A DNA stretch of 64,000 nt from Candidatus Rifleibacterium amylolyticum (GCA_009917695.1 JAACJG010000014.1:50959-114958); one strand, 5' to 3'. Shown: positions 38,234 through 47,249, numbered from the stretch's first letter. Notes: generated from the sequence alone by a model not told the origin. Numbers and translations: made by a program.

Positions 38234-38577
38234 CATTCACCCCGCATTATAAGCCACAGTTCTTCAAAGATGTTAAAACTTACGCTTCGATGAAAAGCCA
38301 GATAGAAAAGAAGGTTAACAGCATTCTGGCAGATCCTTACCACAACACAGAACCGCTGGGAAGCCAAAAAGGTCATGATTTAAGGGGTTTGCGCAGCAAG
38401 CGCGTTGATAAAAACTTCCGTATTATTTTTGCAATCTGTGAGGAATGCAAAGAACTTTTCCCAGAGAAAGATCAGCCCTGTCGCTATTGTGATCCTAATT
38501 TGCCGGCCAAATCAGTCATATTTTTTACAGCCAGGCCACATAAAGTCGTATACAAAGAGAAAAAACCACTTGAATAA
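38230..38577 (+). CDS. RelE/ParE-family toxin with a CxxC...CxxC insertion
   Basis: 'NFRIIFAICEECKELFPEKDQPCRYCD...KVVY'. Coupled to the RHH gene. Confidence 0.65.
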   Translation: MTFTPHYKPQFFKDVKTYASMKSQIEKKVNSILADPYHNTEPLGSQKGHDLRGLRSKRVDKNFRIIFAICEECKELFPEKDQPCRYCDPNLPAKSVIFFTARPHKVVYKEKKPLE

Positions 38578-38593
38578 CGGCTTCGATGATCAA

Positions 38594-38699
38594 AACTTGT
38601 TCGGGATGCGTTCGGAGCCGAATTTTATGGCTTCGAACTGGATGTTGTTGGCGTAGCCTTTGAAGGCGATTTGGCGGACGAAGGCTGTGAACAGTTCTG
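38594..38699. repeat. ~106-bp direct repeat, copy 2
   Basis: ~91% identical to 36669-36774. Confidence 0.7.
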
Positions 38700-38780
38700 T
38701 TTGCCACTGAAAAGGTAATAGTTCGCCTGCTTTTTTCTTGTCTAGAGAACAGTTTAGCCTGAAAATAATGTCAGGACGGT

Positions 38781-38814
38781 ATTTATTCGTTATTCGCGAA
38801 TAGCGAATAAATAC
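38781..38814. promoter_or_regulatory. 34-bp near-perfect palindrome 'tatttattcgttattcgcgaatagcgaataaata' (second operator-like copy)
   Basis: Shares the core ttcgNtattcgcgaatagcg with the site at 37739-37756. Confidence 0.5.
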
Positions 38815-38916
38815 CATGCCAAATTGCTGATCGGGATGAGAAACTGGAAGATATAAAAAATGTAGTTGTCGCGCTGGGCGGGCAAGTTGAAGAAAGCCAT
38901 GACAGCAAGTCTTTCT

Positions 38917-39285
38917 CTAGTTTTGCAGGGGGCCCGGTTCGATTGCCTGGTGGTCCTCAGGTTTGAGATCTTTGTAAACGTCGTGCCACACATCGAATTT
39001 TTCACCGACTTGCCAGCTTTCGACATCAGTTCTACTTTGCAGCCATGAAATAATTCTCTGCAATCGTTCTTCGCAATGCTCCTGCAGACCAAGTTCGACG
39101 ACTATATCAAGCATGTTTTTGCTACCACCGCCACCGCAGCGGCAGTCATTTGCTTCGACTGCTTCCTCTATGAAAGCATCAAGAAATTTATCAAAATGAT
39201 TACTGCAGTTGCGGTAAATGATGATCTGGCGACCCCATTCCGTGAATTCTCCAACATGTTTCTTTTTGCGCATTCTCTTTTTCAT
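38917..39285 (-). CDS. hypothetical protein (122 aa, Cys-containing)
   Basis: Protein-like composition. 'CRCGGGG'. Weak RBS. Confidence 0.4.
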   Translation of the reverse strand: MKKRMRKKKHVGEFTEWGRQIIIYRNCSNHFDKFLDAFIEEAVEANDCRCGGGGSKNMLDIVVELGLQEHCEERLQRIISWLQSRTDVESWQVGEKFDVWHDVYKDLKPEDHQAIEPGPLQN

Positions 39286-39338
39286 AACGCTTTAATACCC
39301 CTACAATGCTCTCTATCAGGCCATAATAGCTGTTTGAG

Positions 39339-39749
39339 TCAAGATAAGGCCAGTTCAAACTTTTTCTTATTCTTAATTCGATAGATTGTGAAATCTCGAT
39401 CTATAGTGGCGATCCTGGTGATATTTAACTCTTCGGCCAGATAGACGAGACAAGCGTCTGCAAAATCCATGGGAAGATCTTTGTATTTGATAGTAAGATC
39501 TCTAAGTCTATTAAATGCAGGAACTTCTATATTATGGACTTCGACAGCACCCTTGCTGATCCAATCCAGGAAATCAATTTGCGCATTGCGGTTGAAATCC
39601 AGCAAATGAAGGGTTTCGGTGATTGATGCCAAGGTCGTGACAAGAGGCAGCTTGTTTTCTCTAACAAAGTTCACCGCTTTTTTATGATGTTTGTCATCAG
39701 CATCAAATAACGCTATCAGCGGGCCTGAATCAATCAGAATTTTTTGCAT
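39339..39749 (-). CDS. vapC: PIN-domain toxin VapC
   Basis: 'ILIDSGPLIALFDADDKHH...IATIDRDF' with the PIN acidic residues. Confidence 0.85.
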   Translation of the reverse strand: MQKILIDSGPLIALFDADDKHHKKAVNFVRENKLPLVTTLASITETLHLLDFNRNAQIDFLDWISKGAVEVHNIEVPAFNRLRDLTIKYKDLPMDFADACLVYLAEELNITRIATIDRDFTIYRIKNKKKFELALS

Positions 39750-39987
39750 TTCTTTTGTCCTGGAGCTTTTGCTTCAAAATTGCTTTGCGGTTTTCTGACA
39801 GGTTAGACTTGCCGCTGGAATATTTACCAAAAAGAGATTTGCCGGCAGTCCAGGCATTGTTTTGTTCTAATTGCTTAAAATACGCCCTCAGGCTTTTCCG
39901 GACAATTTCAGATTTAGGAATACCCAACATTTCAGCAATGTTATTCAGCTTTTCTTCCATGTCAGGGCTTAATCGTAAAGTTAACAT
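39730..39987 (-). CDS. vapB: RHH antitoxin VapB
   Basis: 'MLTLRLSPDMEEKLNNIAEMLGIPKSEIVRKSL'. ATG at 39987 with an AGGGGG RBS. Overlaps vapC. Confidence 0.75.
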   Translation of the reverse strand: MLTLRLSPDMEEKLNNIAEMLGIPKSEIVRKSLRAYFKQLEQNNAWTAGKSLFGKYSSGKSNLSENRKAILKQKLQDKRNAKNSD

Positions 39988-40105
39988 TTTCACACCCCCT
40001 GTATTACATATAGTAATACAAATGATTCAAGTCTGCAAGCTGTCTTGGAGGCTTCTGGGGGCCGGTGGGCAGAAATTGGCTGCTGATCATGCCGCCAGGT
40101 GGTAA

Positions 40106-40324
40106 GTGCGGCAGAGTTCAGTTTTTCCCTTATTCGTATTTTATCGCCGGGAAATTGTTCAACTAAAAAAGTGTGAAAGAACCGGGCGACCTCTCGGCAG
40201 TCAAGAATTTATCGAAAAGCTGGAAAAATTAGCAATCGAAGGCTCCTTCCTGGAAAACCGGGGCCAAAAGGAAAACCGCAAGGCCAGGCACTTAAATAAG
40301 ATGTCCCGAATGGCACTAAGATAA
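40106..40324 (+). pseudogene. C-terminal remnant of a REP-associated tyrosine transposase (RAYT/IS200-like)
   Basis: 'RTGRPLGSQEFIEKLEKL' resembles the conserved RAYT C-terminus (...RGRPLGSE.F.E.IE..LGR). No N-terminal HUH or Tyr domain. Followed by 'cgtaatcg/cgattacg' palindromic repeats. Confidence 0.45.
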
Positions 40325-40489
40325 GAAGCTGAATTTTGAGAATCGTGCGCGTAATCGATTTGCGCTACTGATTTTTCGATTACGATTACCACTTCGTTGA
40401 TTACTAGCACCGCTTCGCTGAGCACGAGTAAAACATCTGAGCTTAGATCTTTCGTTAACCTAGTGGCATTCTAAGATGTCCCCGGAACT

Positions 40490-40529
40490 TCGAAGCTGAG
40501 AAGCAGCTGGTCGGCATTTTCGTCAACAT
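40490..40529. repeat. 40-bp exact duplicate of an internal segment (31327-31366) of the PAS-HydS gene
   Basis: 'tcgaagctgagaagcagctggtcggcattttcgtcaacat' is identical in both places. Confidence 0.7.
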
Positions 40530-40609
40530 TTTTGCCGTGGCTGGATCATGATCCGGGCAATATGCTAAACTGATTCCAGAATGCTCAAAGAGGGAAAATG
40601 GGAGGAAAT

Positions 40610-41044
40610 ATGACAGATACTACATCCAGAAGATTGATTAACTGTGGTTTGTTTGTTCTGCGTGTTGGCCTTGGGATAATAATGATGATGCACGGAGTTC
40701 CCAAATTGATTGCTGGTCCGGAGTTGTGGGGAAAGCTTGGCATGGCCATGGGCGTATTTGGAATTAACTTTGCTCCCGCCTTCTGGGGGTTCATGGCAGC
40801 TGCTTCTGAGGGAATTGGCGGCCTGTTCCTGCTTCTCGGGGTTGGCGTGCGCATATTTGCGGCCCTGATGTCTTTCACCATGCTGGTGGCCACTTTGATG
40901 CACTATGGGAAGGGTGACAGTTTCGGCGTGTATTCGCACGCCTTATCGCTGGCCATAGTTTTCTTTTCACTGATGTTCTCTGGTGGCGGAGAATGGAGCA
41001 TTGGGGCCAGAATAAAGGCCATATCAGGTCGTTGGTATCAGTAG
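40610..41044 (+). CDS. DoxX-family membrane protein
   Basis: Four hydrophobic helices. 'LRVGLGIIMMMHGVPKL'. GGGAGG RBS before the internal ATG. Confidence 0.8.
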   Translation: MTDTTSRRLINCGLFVLRVGLGIIMMMHGVPKLIAGPELWGKLGMAMGVFGINFAPAFWGFMAAASEGIGGLFLLLGVGVRIFAALMSFTMLVATLMHYGKGDSFGVYSHALSLAIVFFSLMFSGGGEWSIGARIKAISGRWYQ

Positions 41045-41055
41045 GAGAAATCCGA

Positions 41056-42171
41056 ATGGGAAAAATTGTGATAATTGGCGGTGGGTTTGCCGGACTGGCG
41101 GCGGCTGAAGGCCTCGCATGGCAGCGCCATTCCCATGATGTCACGCTTATCGATACCCGTGCGACAAGCCAGTTTTTGCCTCTGCTTCCCGATATCATCG
41201 GGCATTCTCTGCCCCCGGGCATTCTTGGCTACTCCTTGAAAACTGCGGCTCAGCGCTGGGGTTATAACTTTTGCCAGGCGAAGGTTATCAGCGTAGACCT
41301 TCTTCGCAGGATCGTAATAACCGACCAGAAAGAAGTTCCATACGATGGCCTGATCATTGCCAGTGGTTCAGAAACCAGTTTTAAGGCTTGCGAGTCCTGG
41401 CCCCAAAGGCCGCTGATCCTTGATTCTATCGACGACGCCGTTCGCTTGCGCGATCTGGCTGAGATTGATGATAACAGTCATTACGTCGTCTGCGGCGGTG
41501 GTTACACTGGCGTAGAATTGGCTTCAAATCTGAATTATCTCTTTAAACGCAGAAAAAGCCGGAACAGAGTCAGCATAGTCGAACATGGCCGCAATCTCTG
41601 CAAGGCTCTTTCCACAAAACAGATTGCCTTTATCGAGAATGCTGTTCGCCGTGCAGGGATCGAGGTGAAGGTCGGAACAACAGTGGCAGGTTCTGATCAG
41701 GACAGATTATGGCTTGCTGATGGAACAGTAATCTCTCAGGCCCGTGCGATATGGGCCGCCGGGGTCTGTACCGCACAGTTCGTTCAAAGTCTGCCGTTTT
41801 CGAAAACTCGGCAGGGGCGTCTAGAGGTGAATTCATGCCTGGCACTGGAAAGCGGTGTCTTTGCTGCGGGTGACGCATGTGGTTTCAGATCAGGAAAAGA
41901 TGAGCTGCGCATGAGCGTTCAATTCGCTCTAACCCAGGGGTGGCACGCAGCCAGCAACATCCTCAGGTATTTCGAAGGTCGAAATCTGCTTCCTTATAGC
42001 CCGATGGACCCGGGATGGGTCGTTCCACTTGCCAATGGCCGTGGATGCGGCAACATTCTGGGCATGGAGATGTTTGGCCGCCTGCCATATGTGCTTCATA
42101 CGCTGATATGCATGGCGCGTTCTTTCGGCCTTGCTAATCGCCTTCAGCTGGCCAGACACTACGGCAAATGA
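41056..42171 (+). CDS. FAD/NAD(P)-binding oxidoreductase (NDH-2 / sulfide:quinone oxidoreductase-like)
   Basis: 'KIVIIGGGFAGLAAA' and a second 'VVCGGGYTGVELA' Rossmann motif. AGGAGAAA RBS. Confidence 0.75.
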   Translation: MGKIVIIGGGFAGLAAAEGLAWQRHSHDVTLIDTRATSQFLPLLPDIIGHSLPPGILGYSLKTAAQRWGYNFCQAKVISVDLLRRIVITDQKEVPYDGLIIASGSETSFKACESWPQRPLILDSIDDAVRLRDLAEIDDNSHYVVCGGGYTGVELASNLNYLFKRRKSRNRVSIVEHGRNLCKALSTKQIAFIENAVRRAGIEVKVGTTVAGSDQDRLWLADGTVISQARAIWAAGVCTAQFVQSLPFSKTRQGRLEVNSCLALESGVFAAGDACGFRSGKDELRMSVQFALTQGWHAASNILRYFEGRNLLPYSPMDPGWVVPLANGRGCGNILGMEMFGRLPYVLHTLICMARSFGLANRLQLARHYGK

Positions 42172-42374
42172 GCGCCTTTGCTGAGATCCTTCCAAAAATC
42201 TTCTATTTCTTCTGGGCTGCCATAAGCCAGTCCATCACCGGCTAAAATCCACGGTGTATTGTTTGAGAAGACATTTGCTGTCGTGTTAAAATTCTTTCAG
42301 ATCAACAAATTTAGTTGGCAACAGGAAGTTCTAACGCTGTTTTGTTGATGCCAGGACCGACAGGAGAGAAAGTA

Positions 42375-43226
42375 GTGACAAAGAAAATATCTGGCTTTTC
42401 TGGAACTTTGCGAGTGTTTTTTCTTCTGATTATCGCTATATTCTGCTATTCGCAGCTATTTGCCCAGAAGACTTCCGAGCCCCCGGAAAGTATGGACGAT
42501 TTTTTCAGAGAGAACTTTCCGCTCGAATCAACTTTAAAACAGATTGACGCAGATATTGCCAGAAATCCTGGCAATCCGGCTCTCTGGCAGACGCGCGCAA
42601 CGCTGCTGGAATCACATGGCAAAACCGACGAAGCTCTGCTGGCTCTCGAAAAAGCGCTGGCGCTGATACCCGAACCAGCAGCTTCCCAGCCAAATCAGAA
42701 AGGCAAAGTAAGAATAGTTACCGGCCACAACTATGCCGGCGCATTGTTTGATATAGCAAAGATTTATCTGGCGATGAACCGACGTGATGAAGCAAGAAAG
42801 ACGCTTCAGCGTGCGGTGCAGGGCGATTCACCACACATGATGGCCTGCACCTATCTTGGCAATATCTTTCTTGATGAGGGCAATTCTGCCGAGGCCCTTA
42901 AGTATTACAATCTGATGGGCCACAACCTGAGCACCAGCGGTAAGATCAGCAAGGGCAACGCTCTTTACAATCTCAAACGTTACGATGAAGCCATTGCCGA
43001 ATACGAGGTTGCCGCCCATTGGAAGCCTGAATTGCCTTCTGTTTTGCGGCACCTGGGCGACGCTTATCTCAGAGCCGGGCGCTATGCTGATGCGCTGAAT
43101 CTATATCAGCGTTATGTGAAATCTGCCCGCCAGAAAAAGATTCCAGAATCAGAAATAGCGCCGGTTATCAGTCGTCTTGAGCAACTGAAAAAACATCCAA
43201 AATCTGGTTCAACAAAGCATGATTGA
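42375..43226 (+). CDS. TPR-repeat secreted protein
   Basis: Several 34-aa TPR units. GTG start with a GGAGAGAAAG RBS gives signal peptide 'VTKKISGFSGTLRVFFLLIIAIFCYSQLFAQ'. Confidence 0.65.
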   Translation: MTKKISGFSGTLRVFFLLIIAIFCYSQLFAQKTSEPPESMDDFFRENFPLESTLKQIDADIARNPGNPALWQTRATLLESHGKTDEALLALEKALALIPEPAASQPNQKGKVRIVTGHNYAGALFDIAKIYLAMNRRDEARKTLQRAVQGDSPHMMACTYLGNIFLDEGNSAEALKYYNLMGHNLSTSGKISKGNALYNLKRYDEAIAEYEVAAHWKPELPSVLRHLGDAYLRAGRYADALNLYQRYVKSARQKKIPESEIAPVISRLEQLKKHPKSGSTKHD

Positions 43227-43308
43227 AGCAGCCAGATATTTTTGTGAAGCCATTATCAGCGAACATGGCGTCAATTCGAACAGCCAAGGCTAAATCTCCG
43301 AGATGGGG

Positions 43309-46221
43309 TTAGAGAAGTGGTTGTTGCAGCTTTGCCGCCTGCACTGCTTCTGACTGAGGTTCTGAATTAAACTGTTTTTCTGCTGCAGCAATGAACTGAC
43401 GCAGTTCTATTTCAAGCTGAATCAGAATTTCACGGGCAGAATCATTTTGACCACTGACAATGGCCTCTTCAATAGACCGGGCCAGTTTTTCAATGGCACC
43501 CACTCCTAGATTACCCGACACTCCGGCAAGATTGTGGGCGAGTATTCTTGCCTCATCGGTTTGCCCCATTTTCAGGGCATTTTGAATCTTTTCGGTAGTA
43601 TCAGCATGGTTGAGACAGAATTTTTTCAGTACTTTAACCAGCATTGCAATGTTGCCGCCGATTCTTTCGCAACTGGCTTCTGCATCCATTCCGGGGATCT
43701 TTGGCAACTCCTGCACTGCTGCTTGCGCAATCTCGCCAACCGATGTGACGCTCCTGTCTCTATGACTCCACTGGAGGAGCTTGCGAAAAAGCATCTGCGG
43801 GTCAATAGGTTTGGTTATGTAATCGTTCATTCCGGCCTGAAGAGCCTTTTCTCTATCGCCAGACATGGCACCGGCGGTCATGGCTACTATGGGCAGCTGA
43901 CGGTATTTTTCCTGAAGTCTGATGGCTCTGGCGGCAGCGTAACCGTCCATTTCAGGCATCTGCACGTCCATCAGAACGCAGTCGAATTGATTCTTTTCAA
44001 GCATCCGCAGAGCAACCATGCCATTATCTGCAATCTCAACTCTGATTCCGGCTCTGACAAGAAGCTCTGAAGCAAAATCCTGATTGATTTCGTTATCTTC
44101 TACCAGCAGAACACTCAACCCTTTTAGCCCGGCAAGAGTTTCCTGACTGAGGATTTTACGTGAACTGCGCCTGGGAATCGACACGTCTTTGTGGAAAACT
44201 GTTAGAATCGTGTCAAGTAGCGTCGACATGGTAAACGGCATTATCAGCAAAGCTTCTAGTTCACTTCCGATGCTCTTTTCCGCAATTATTTCCTGGCCAA
44301 ATGGAACGACGCTGATAATCGGAACATGTCGGCCACTTTCACAACCTGTCAGTGTTGCTTTTTTAATAGCTTTAATTGCCTCTGATCCGCTGATACCAGG
44401 AAATTTCCAGTCGAGAAAAACCAGATCGAACGGGCGATTGGCACCCCGCGATAATAGACGCTCAGATGCCTCTTCTAAAGACCTGGCGGTTGAAACGGCG
44501 AACGAAAGTGACTGCAATTGGGATCTGAATGCATTCAACGCCGATTCACTATCATCAATAACCAGAACGTTGAGACCTCTGAGGTCGGATGTAGGATACA
44601 ACGGTTGACGATCTGCTGCTACAGGCAGTTTTACGGTAATGCTGAAAGCGCTGCCATGATTAAGAGCCGACTCCATTTTAATTTCACCATTCATTGCATC
44701 AATGAGGCGCTTGCAGATTGCCAACCCAAGACCGGTTCCACCGAAACGTCTGGTGATTGAGCTGTCAGCCTGAGTAAACGGATTGAAAATTTTCTGCTGC
44801 TGCTCTTCGGTCATGCCGATGCCAGTGTCGCGGACGGTAAATCGCAACCAGGCAAGATTATCTTCGCGTTTGACAACTTCTGATGAAATGACGATTTCGC
44901 CGGAAGGCGTGTATTTAACAGCATTGTTGGCAAGATTGATCAGGATCTGTTCAAGTCTGAGCGGGTCGCCGATAAGCCTTGCCGGAACGTCAGGTGCGGT
45001 CAAAAACACAACTTCGAGCCCTTTTTCCTGCGCCTTTCCGGTAATAAGATCAGAAAGCTGATCGAGAATATCATCGAGATCGAACTCGATATTTTCAAGA
45101 GTGATTTTTCCTGCTTCAGCCTTGGAAAAGTCGAGAATTTCGTTAATTATACCGAGAAGGTTGTCGGCCGCAACCGTGATTTTTTTCAGATAGCCGCTCT
45201 GGCGTGGAGTCAGTTCGGTCTGCTGGCATAGATAGGCAAGCCCAACGATCGCATTCATCGGTGTTCTAATCTCATGACTCATGTTGGCGAGAAACTGCCC
45301 CTTGACCTCTGTTGCTGCTTCAGCGGTATTCTTTGCATCCTGAAGAGCTTTTTCCATCTCTTTGCGGGTGGTGATGTCCTGTTGTATCGCCATGAAATGC
45401 GTAACTTTTTTCTGATTGTTCAAAACCGGTGATATAGAGGAATCGACCCAGAATATCTCACCATTCTTACGACGGTTGCAGAATTCACCTTTCCAGGTTT
45501 TACCAGAAGCGACAACGGACCAGAGATTGCCGGCCAGGTTAGGCGATTGCTCACAACCTCTGAGAAACCTTGGATTCCTGCCAAGAGCATCTTCTCTGGA
45601 ATAGCCGGTAATCTCTGAAAAACTGTCATTAACATATTCAATCTGACCATTGAGATCGGTTATGATAACCATGATCGGGCTTTGCTCTACAACCTGCGAA
45701 AGCTGCCTGATTTTCTCTCTGGCTTCTCTGCTGGCGGTTATGTTCTCACACACACCAAGCATTCGGAATGGAGCATTATGTTCCTCGCGATACACCTGCC
45801 CCTTTGCCCTCAAATACAGCACCTGGTCATCTTTTCGCCTGATTCTGAATTCAGCTTCAAAAGGGGCGCGGCCTTCCATTGCTGCAAGGGTAGCACTTTC
45901 AAACACCGGTAGATCTTCGGTCAGAATCCGACCGCGAAAACTCTCGCGCGTACCCTCAAAAGTTCCTGGCTGCATGCCAAAAATCTGGTACATGCCTTCA
46001 TCCCATATCATTTTGCCATCAGTCAGCGAAAGATCCCATATTCCGATTCCTGATGAAAGCAGGGCCAGAGCTAGTCTATCCTGGTTTTCCTTGAGGTCGA
46101 GCTCAGCTTTTTTGCGACCTTCGATAGCATTGTGAAGTCGACGGTTGGCGCGATAAAAGATCACGAGAACGATCAGGTCAACAACAAGTATAAGAAAAAA
46201 AAGCTTAATAATGCCTTCCAT
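43309..46221 (-). CDS. hybrid sensor histidine kinase / response regulator (transmembrane anchor, PAS x2-3, HisKA, HATPase_c, two receivers, HPt)
   Basis: H-box 'MSHEIRTPMNAIVGLAYL', 'GGTGLGLAICKRLIDAM', receivers 'DCVLMDVQMPEMDG', HPt 'HNLAGVSGNLG'. Confidence 0.85.
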   Translation of the reverse strand: MEGIIKLFFLILVVDLIVLVIFYRANRRLHNAIEGRKKAELDLKENQDRLALALLSSGIGIWDLSLTDGKMIWDEGMYQIFGMQPGTFEGTRESFRGRILTEDLPVFESATLAAMEGRAPFEAEFRIRRKDDQVLYLRAKGQVYREEHNAPFRMLGVCENITASREAREKIRQLSQVVEQSPIMVIITDLNGQIEYVNDSFSEITGYSREDALGRNPRFLRGCEQSPNLAGNLWSVVASGKTWKGEFCNRRKNGEIFWVDSSISPVLNNQKKVTHFMAIQQDITTRKEMEKALQDAKNTAEAATEVKGQFLANMSHEIRTPMNAIVGLAYLCQQTELTPRQSGYLKKITVAADNLLGIINEILDFSKAEAGKITLENIEFDLDDILDQLSDLITGKAQEKGLEVVFLTAPDVPARLIGDPLRLEQILINLANNAVKYTPSGEIVISSEVVKREDNLAWLRFTVRDTGIGMTEEQQQKIFNPFTQADSSITRRFGGTGLGLAICKRLIDAMNGEIKMESALNHGSAFSITVKLPVAADRQPLYPTSDLRGLNVLVIDDSESALNAFRSQLQSLSFAVSTARSLEEASERLLSRGANRPFDLVFLDWKFPGISGSEAIKAIKKATLTGCESGRHVPIISVVPFGQEIIAEKSIGSELEALLIMPFTMSTLLDTILTVFHKDVSIPRRSSRKILSQETLAGLKGLSVLLVEDNEINQDFASELLVRAGIRVEIADNGMVALRMLEKNQFDCVLMDVQMPEMDGYAAARAIRLQEKYRQLPIVAMTAGAMSGDREKALQAGMNDYITKPIDPQMLFRKLLQWSHRDRSVTSVGEIAQAAVQELPKIPGMDAEASCERIGGNIAMLVKVLKKFCLNHADTTEKIQNALKMGQTDEARILAHNLAGVSGNLGVGAIEKLARSIEEAIVSGQNDSAREILIQLEIELRQFIAAAEKQFNSEPQSEAVQAAKLQQPLL

Positions 46222-46238
46222 TTATGTCACCAGCTTTC

Positions 46239-47249
46239 TCAGGAGATGTATGCGAGCTTTGTCGGGCCTTTGCCCTTCAGATCAACCTCACCCCGGTCGA
46301 CTACATTGAACTGGCCCTGCAACAGATTCAAAGTGTTGTCTGAAACGCATACCCGCATGGGTTCGCTGGCCGTCTGGACTCTGGAAGCAAGATTTACGGT
46401 ATCGCCAAAAACATCATACTGGAACTTTGTAAACCCGACTATTCCGGCTACAACCGGCCCGGAATTGATGCCTATGCGAACCTCCCACTGATGGACGCAA
46501 CCCGCGTTACGCTGGCGCAGAAACGCTATAAATTCAAGACCACATCTGGCAAGTCTGATTGCGTGATCCTGCGAAACCTCCGGCATGCCACAGACACCAA
46601 GATAGGCGTCGCCAATCGTCTTTATACGCTGGGCACCGTTCTTCAGAAGAATGTCGTCGAAGGCAGAGAAAATCTCGGTTAACTCATTCAACAGTGTCTT
46701 TGGCGCAATAGTGGCTGACAAACTGGTAAAATTCACCATATCTGAAAAAAGAACACTGACATCGTCATATTGCTGAGGGGTTGAGATCCCTGTATTCTTG
46801 AGTTCGTCGATTACTTTCTGCGGCAGAATGTTTGCCAGCAGACTCTCACTGCGCTGTCTTGCCCGGACCAGTTCGATGTGGGCACCGACCCGCGCTTTAA
46901 CTACTGCCGGTTTGAATGGTTTGGTGATAAAATCAACCGCGCCTCCTGCCAGTCCTTTTATCTCGTCTTCAGGCTGATTGAGAGATGTCAGAAAAATAAC
47001 AGGAATCAGGCTGGTTTCAGGGTTGGATTTAAGTCTCTGACAGACTTCGAAGCCATTCATTCCCGGCATGCATATATCGAGAAGAATGAGTTCGGGACGG
47101 GGAAGATGTTGCGCGATTGCCAGTGCTTCTTCACCGTTTCTAGCTGTCTGCACCGTATATTTACCTTCGAGCAGACCAGAAATGAAGTCGAGATTTTCGT
47201 CTGAATCATCGACTGCGAGAATAATCGGCCGAGAAGCAACAAAATGCAT
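46239..47249 (-). CDS. response regulator with a class III adenylate/guanylate cyclase output domain
   Basis: Receiver 'ILAVDD...LDICMPGMNG'. Cyclase 'FSDMVNFTSL...IKTIGDAYL'. AGAGGGGG RBS before the internal ATG. Confidence 0.8.
   Translation of the reverse strand: MHFVASRPIILAVDDSDENLDFISGLLEGKYTVQTARNGEEALAIAQHLPRPELILLDICMPGMNGFEVCQRLKSNPETSLIPVIFLTSLNQPEDEIKGLAGGAVDFITKPFKPAVVKARVGAHIELVRARQRSESLLANILPQKVIDELKNTGISTPQQYDDVSVLFSDMVNFTSLSATIAPKTLLNELTEIFSAFDDILLKNGAQRIKTIGDAYLGVCGMPEVSQDHAIRLARCGLEFIAFLRQRNAGCVHQWEVRIGINSGPVVAGIVGFTKFQYDVFGDTVNLASRVQTASEPMRVCVSDNTLNLLQGQFNVVDRGEVDLKGKGPTKLAYIS

Larger units (their letters stand above)
38590..38817 (-). pseudogene. 3'-terminal remnant of a paralogue of gene 36665..37003
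   Basis: Only the C-terminal 36 aa ('TELFTAFVRQIAFKGYANNIQFEAIKFGSERIPNKF') match. The upstream part diverges and runs across a palindrome. Confidence 0.5.

Noticed and set aside
38590-38817. Track ORF 38590..38817 as an intact gene
   Set aside because: Only its last 36 codons are homologous to gene 36665..37003. The 5' part reads through a 34-bp palindrome and diverges. I treat it as a deletion remnant, not a functional CDS.
38925-38950. tRNA-like T-loop motif 'GGTTCGATTGCC'
   Set aside because: No complementary T-stem, acceptor stem or anticodon arm can be formed, and the site lies inside a protein-like ORF. This is not a tRNA.
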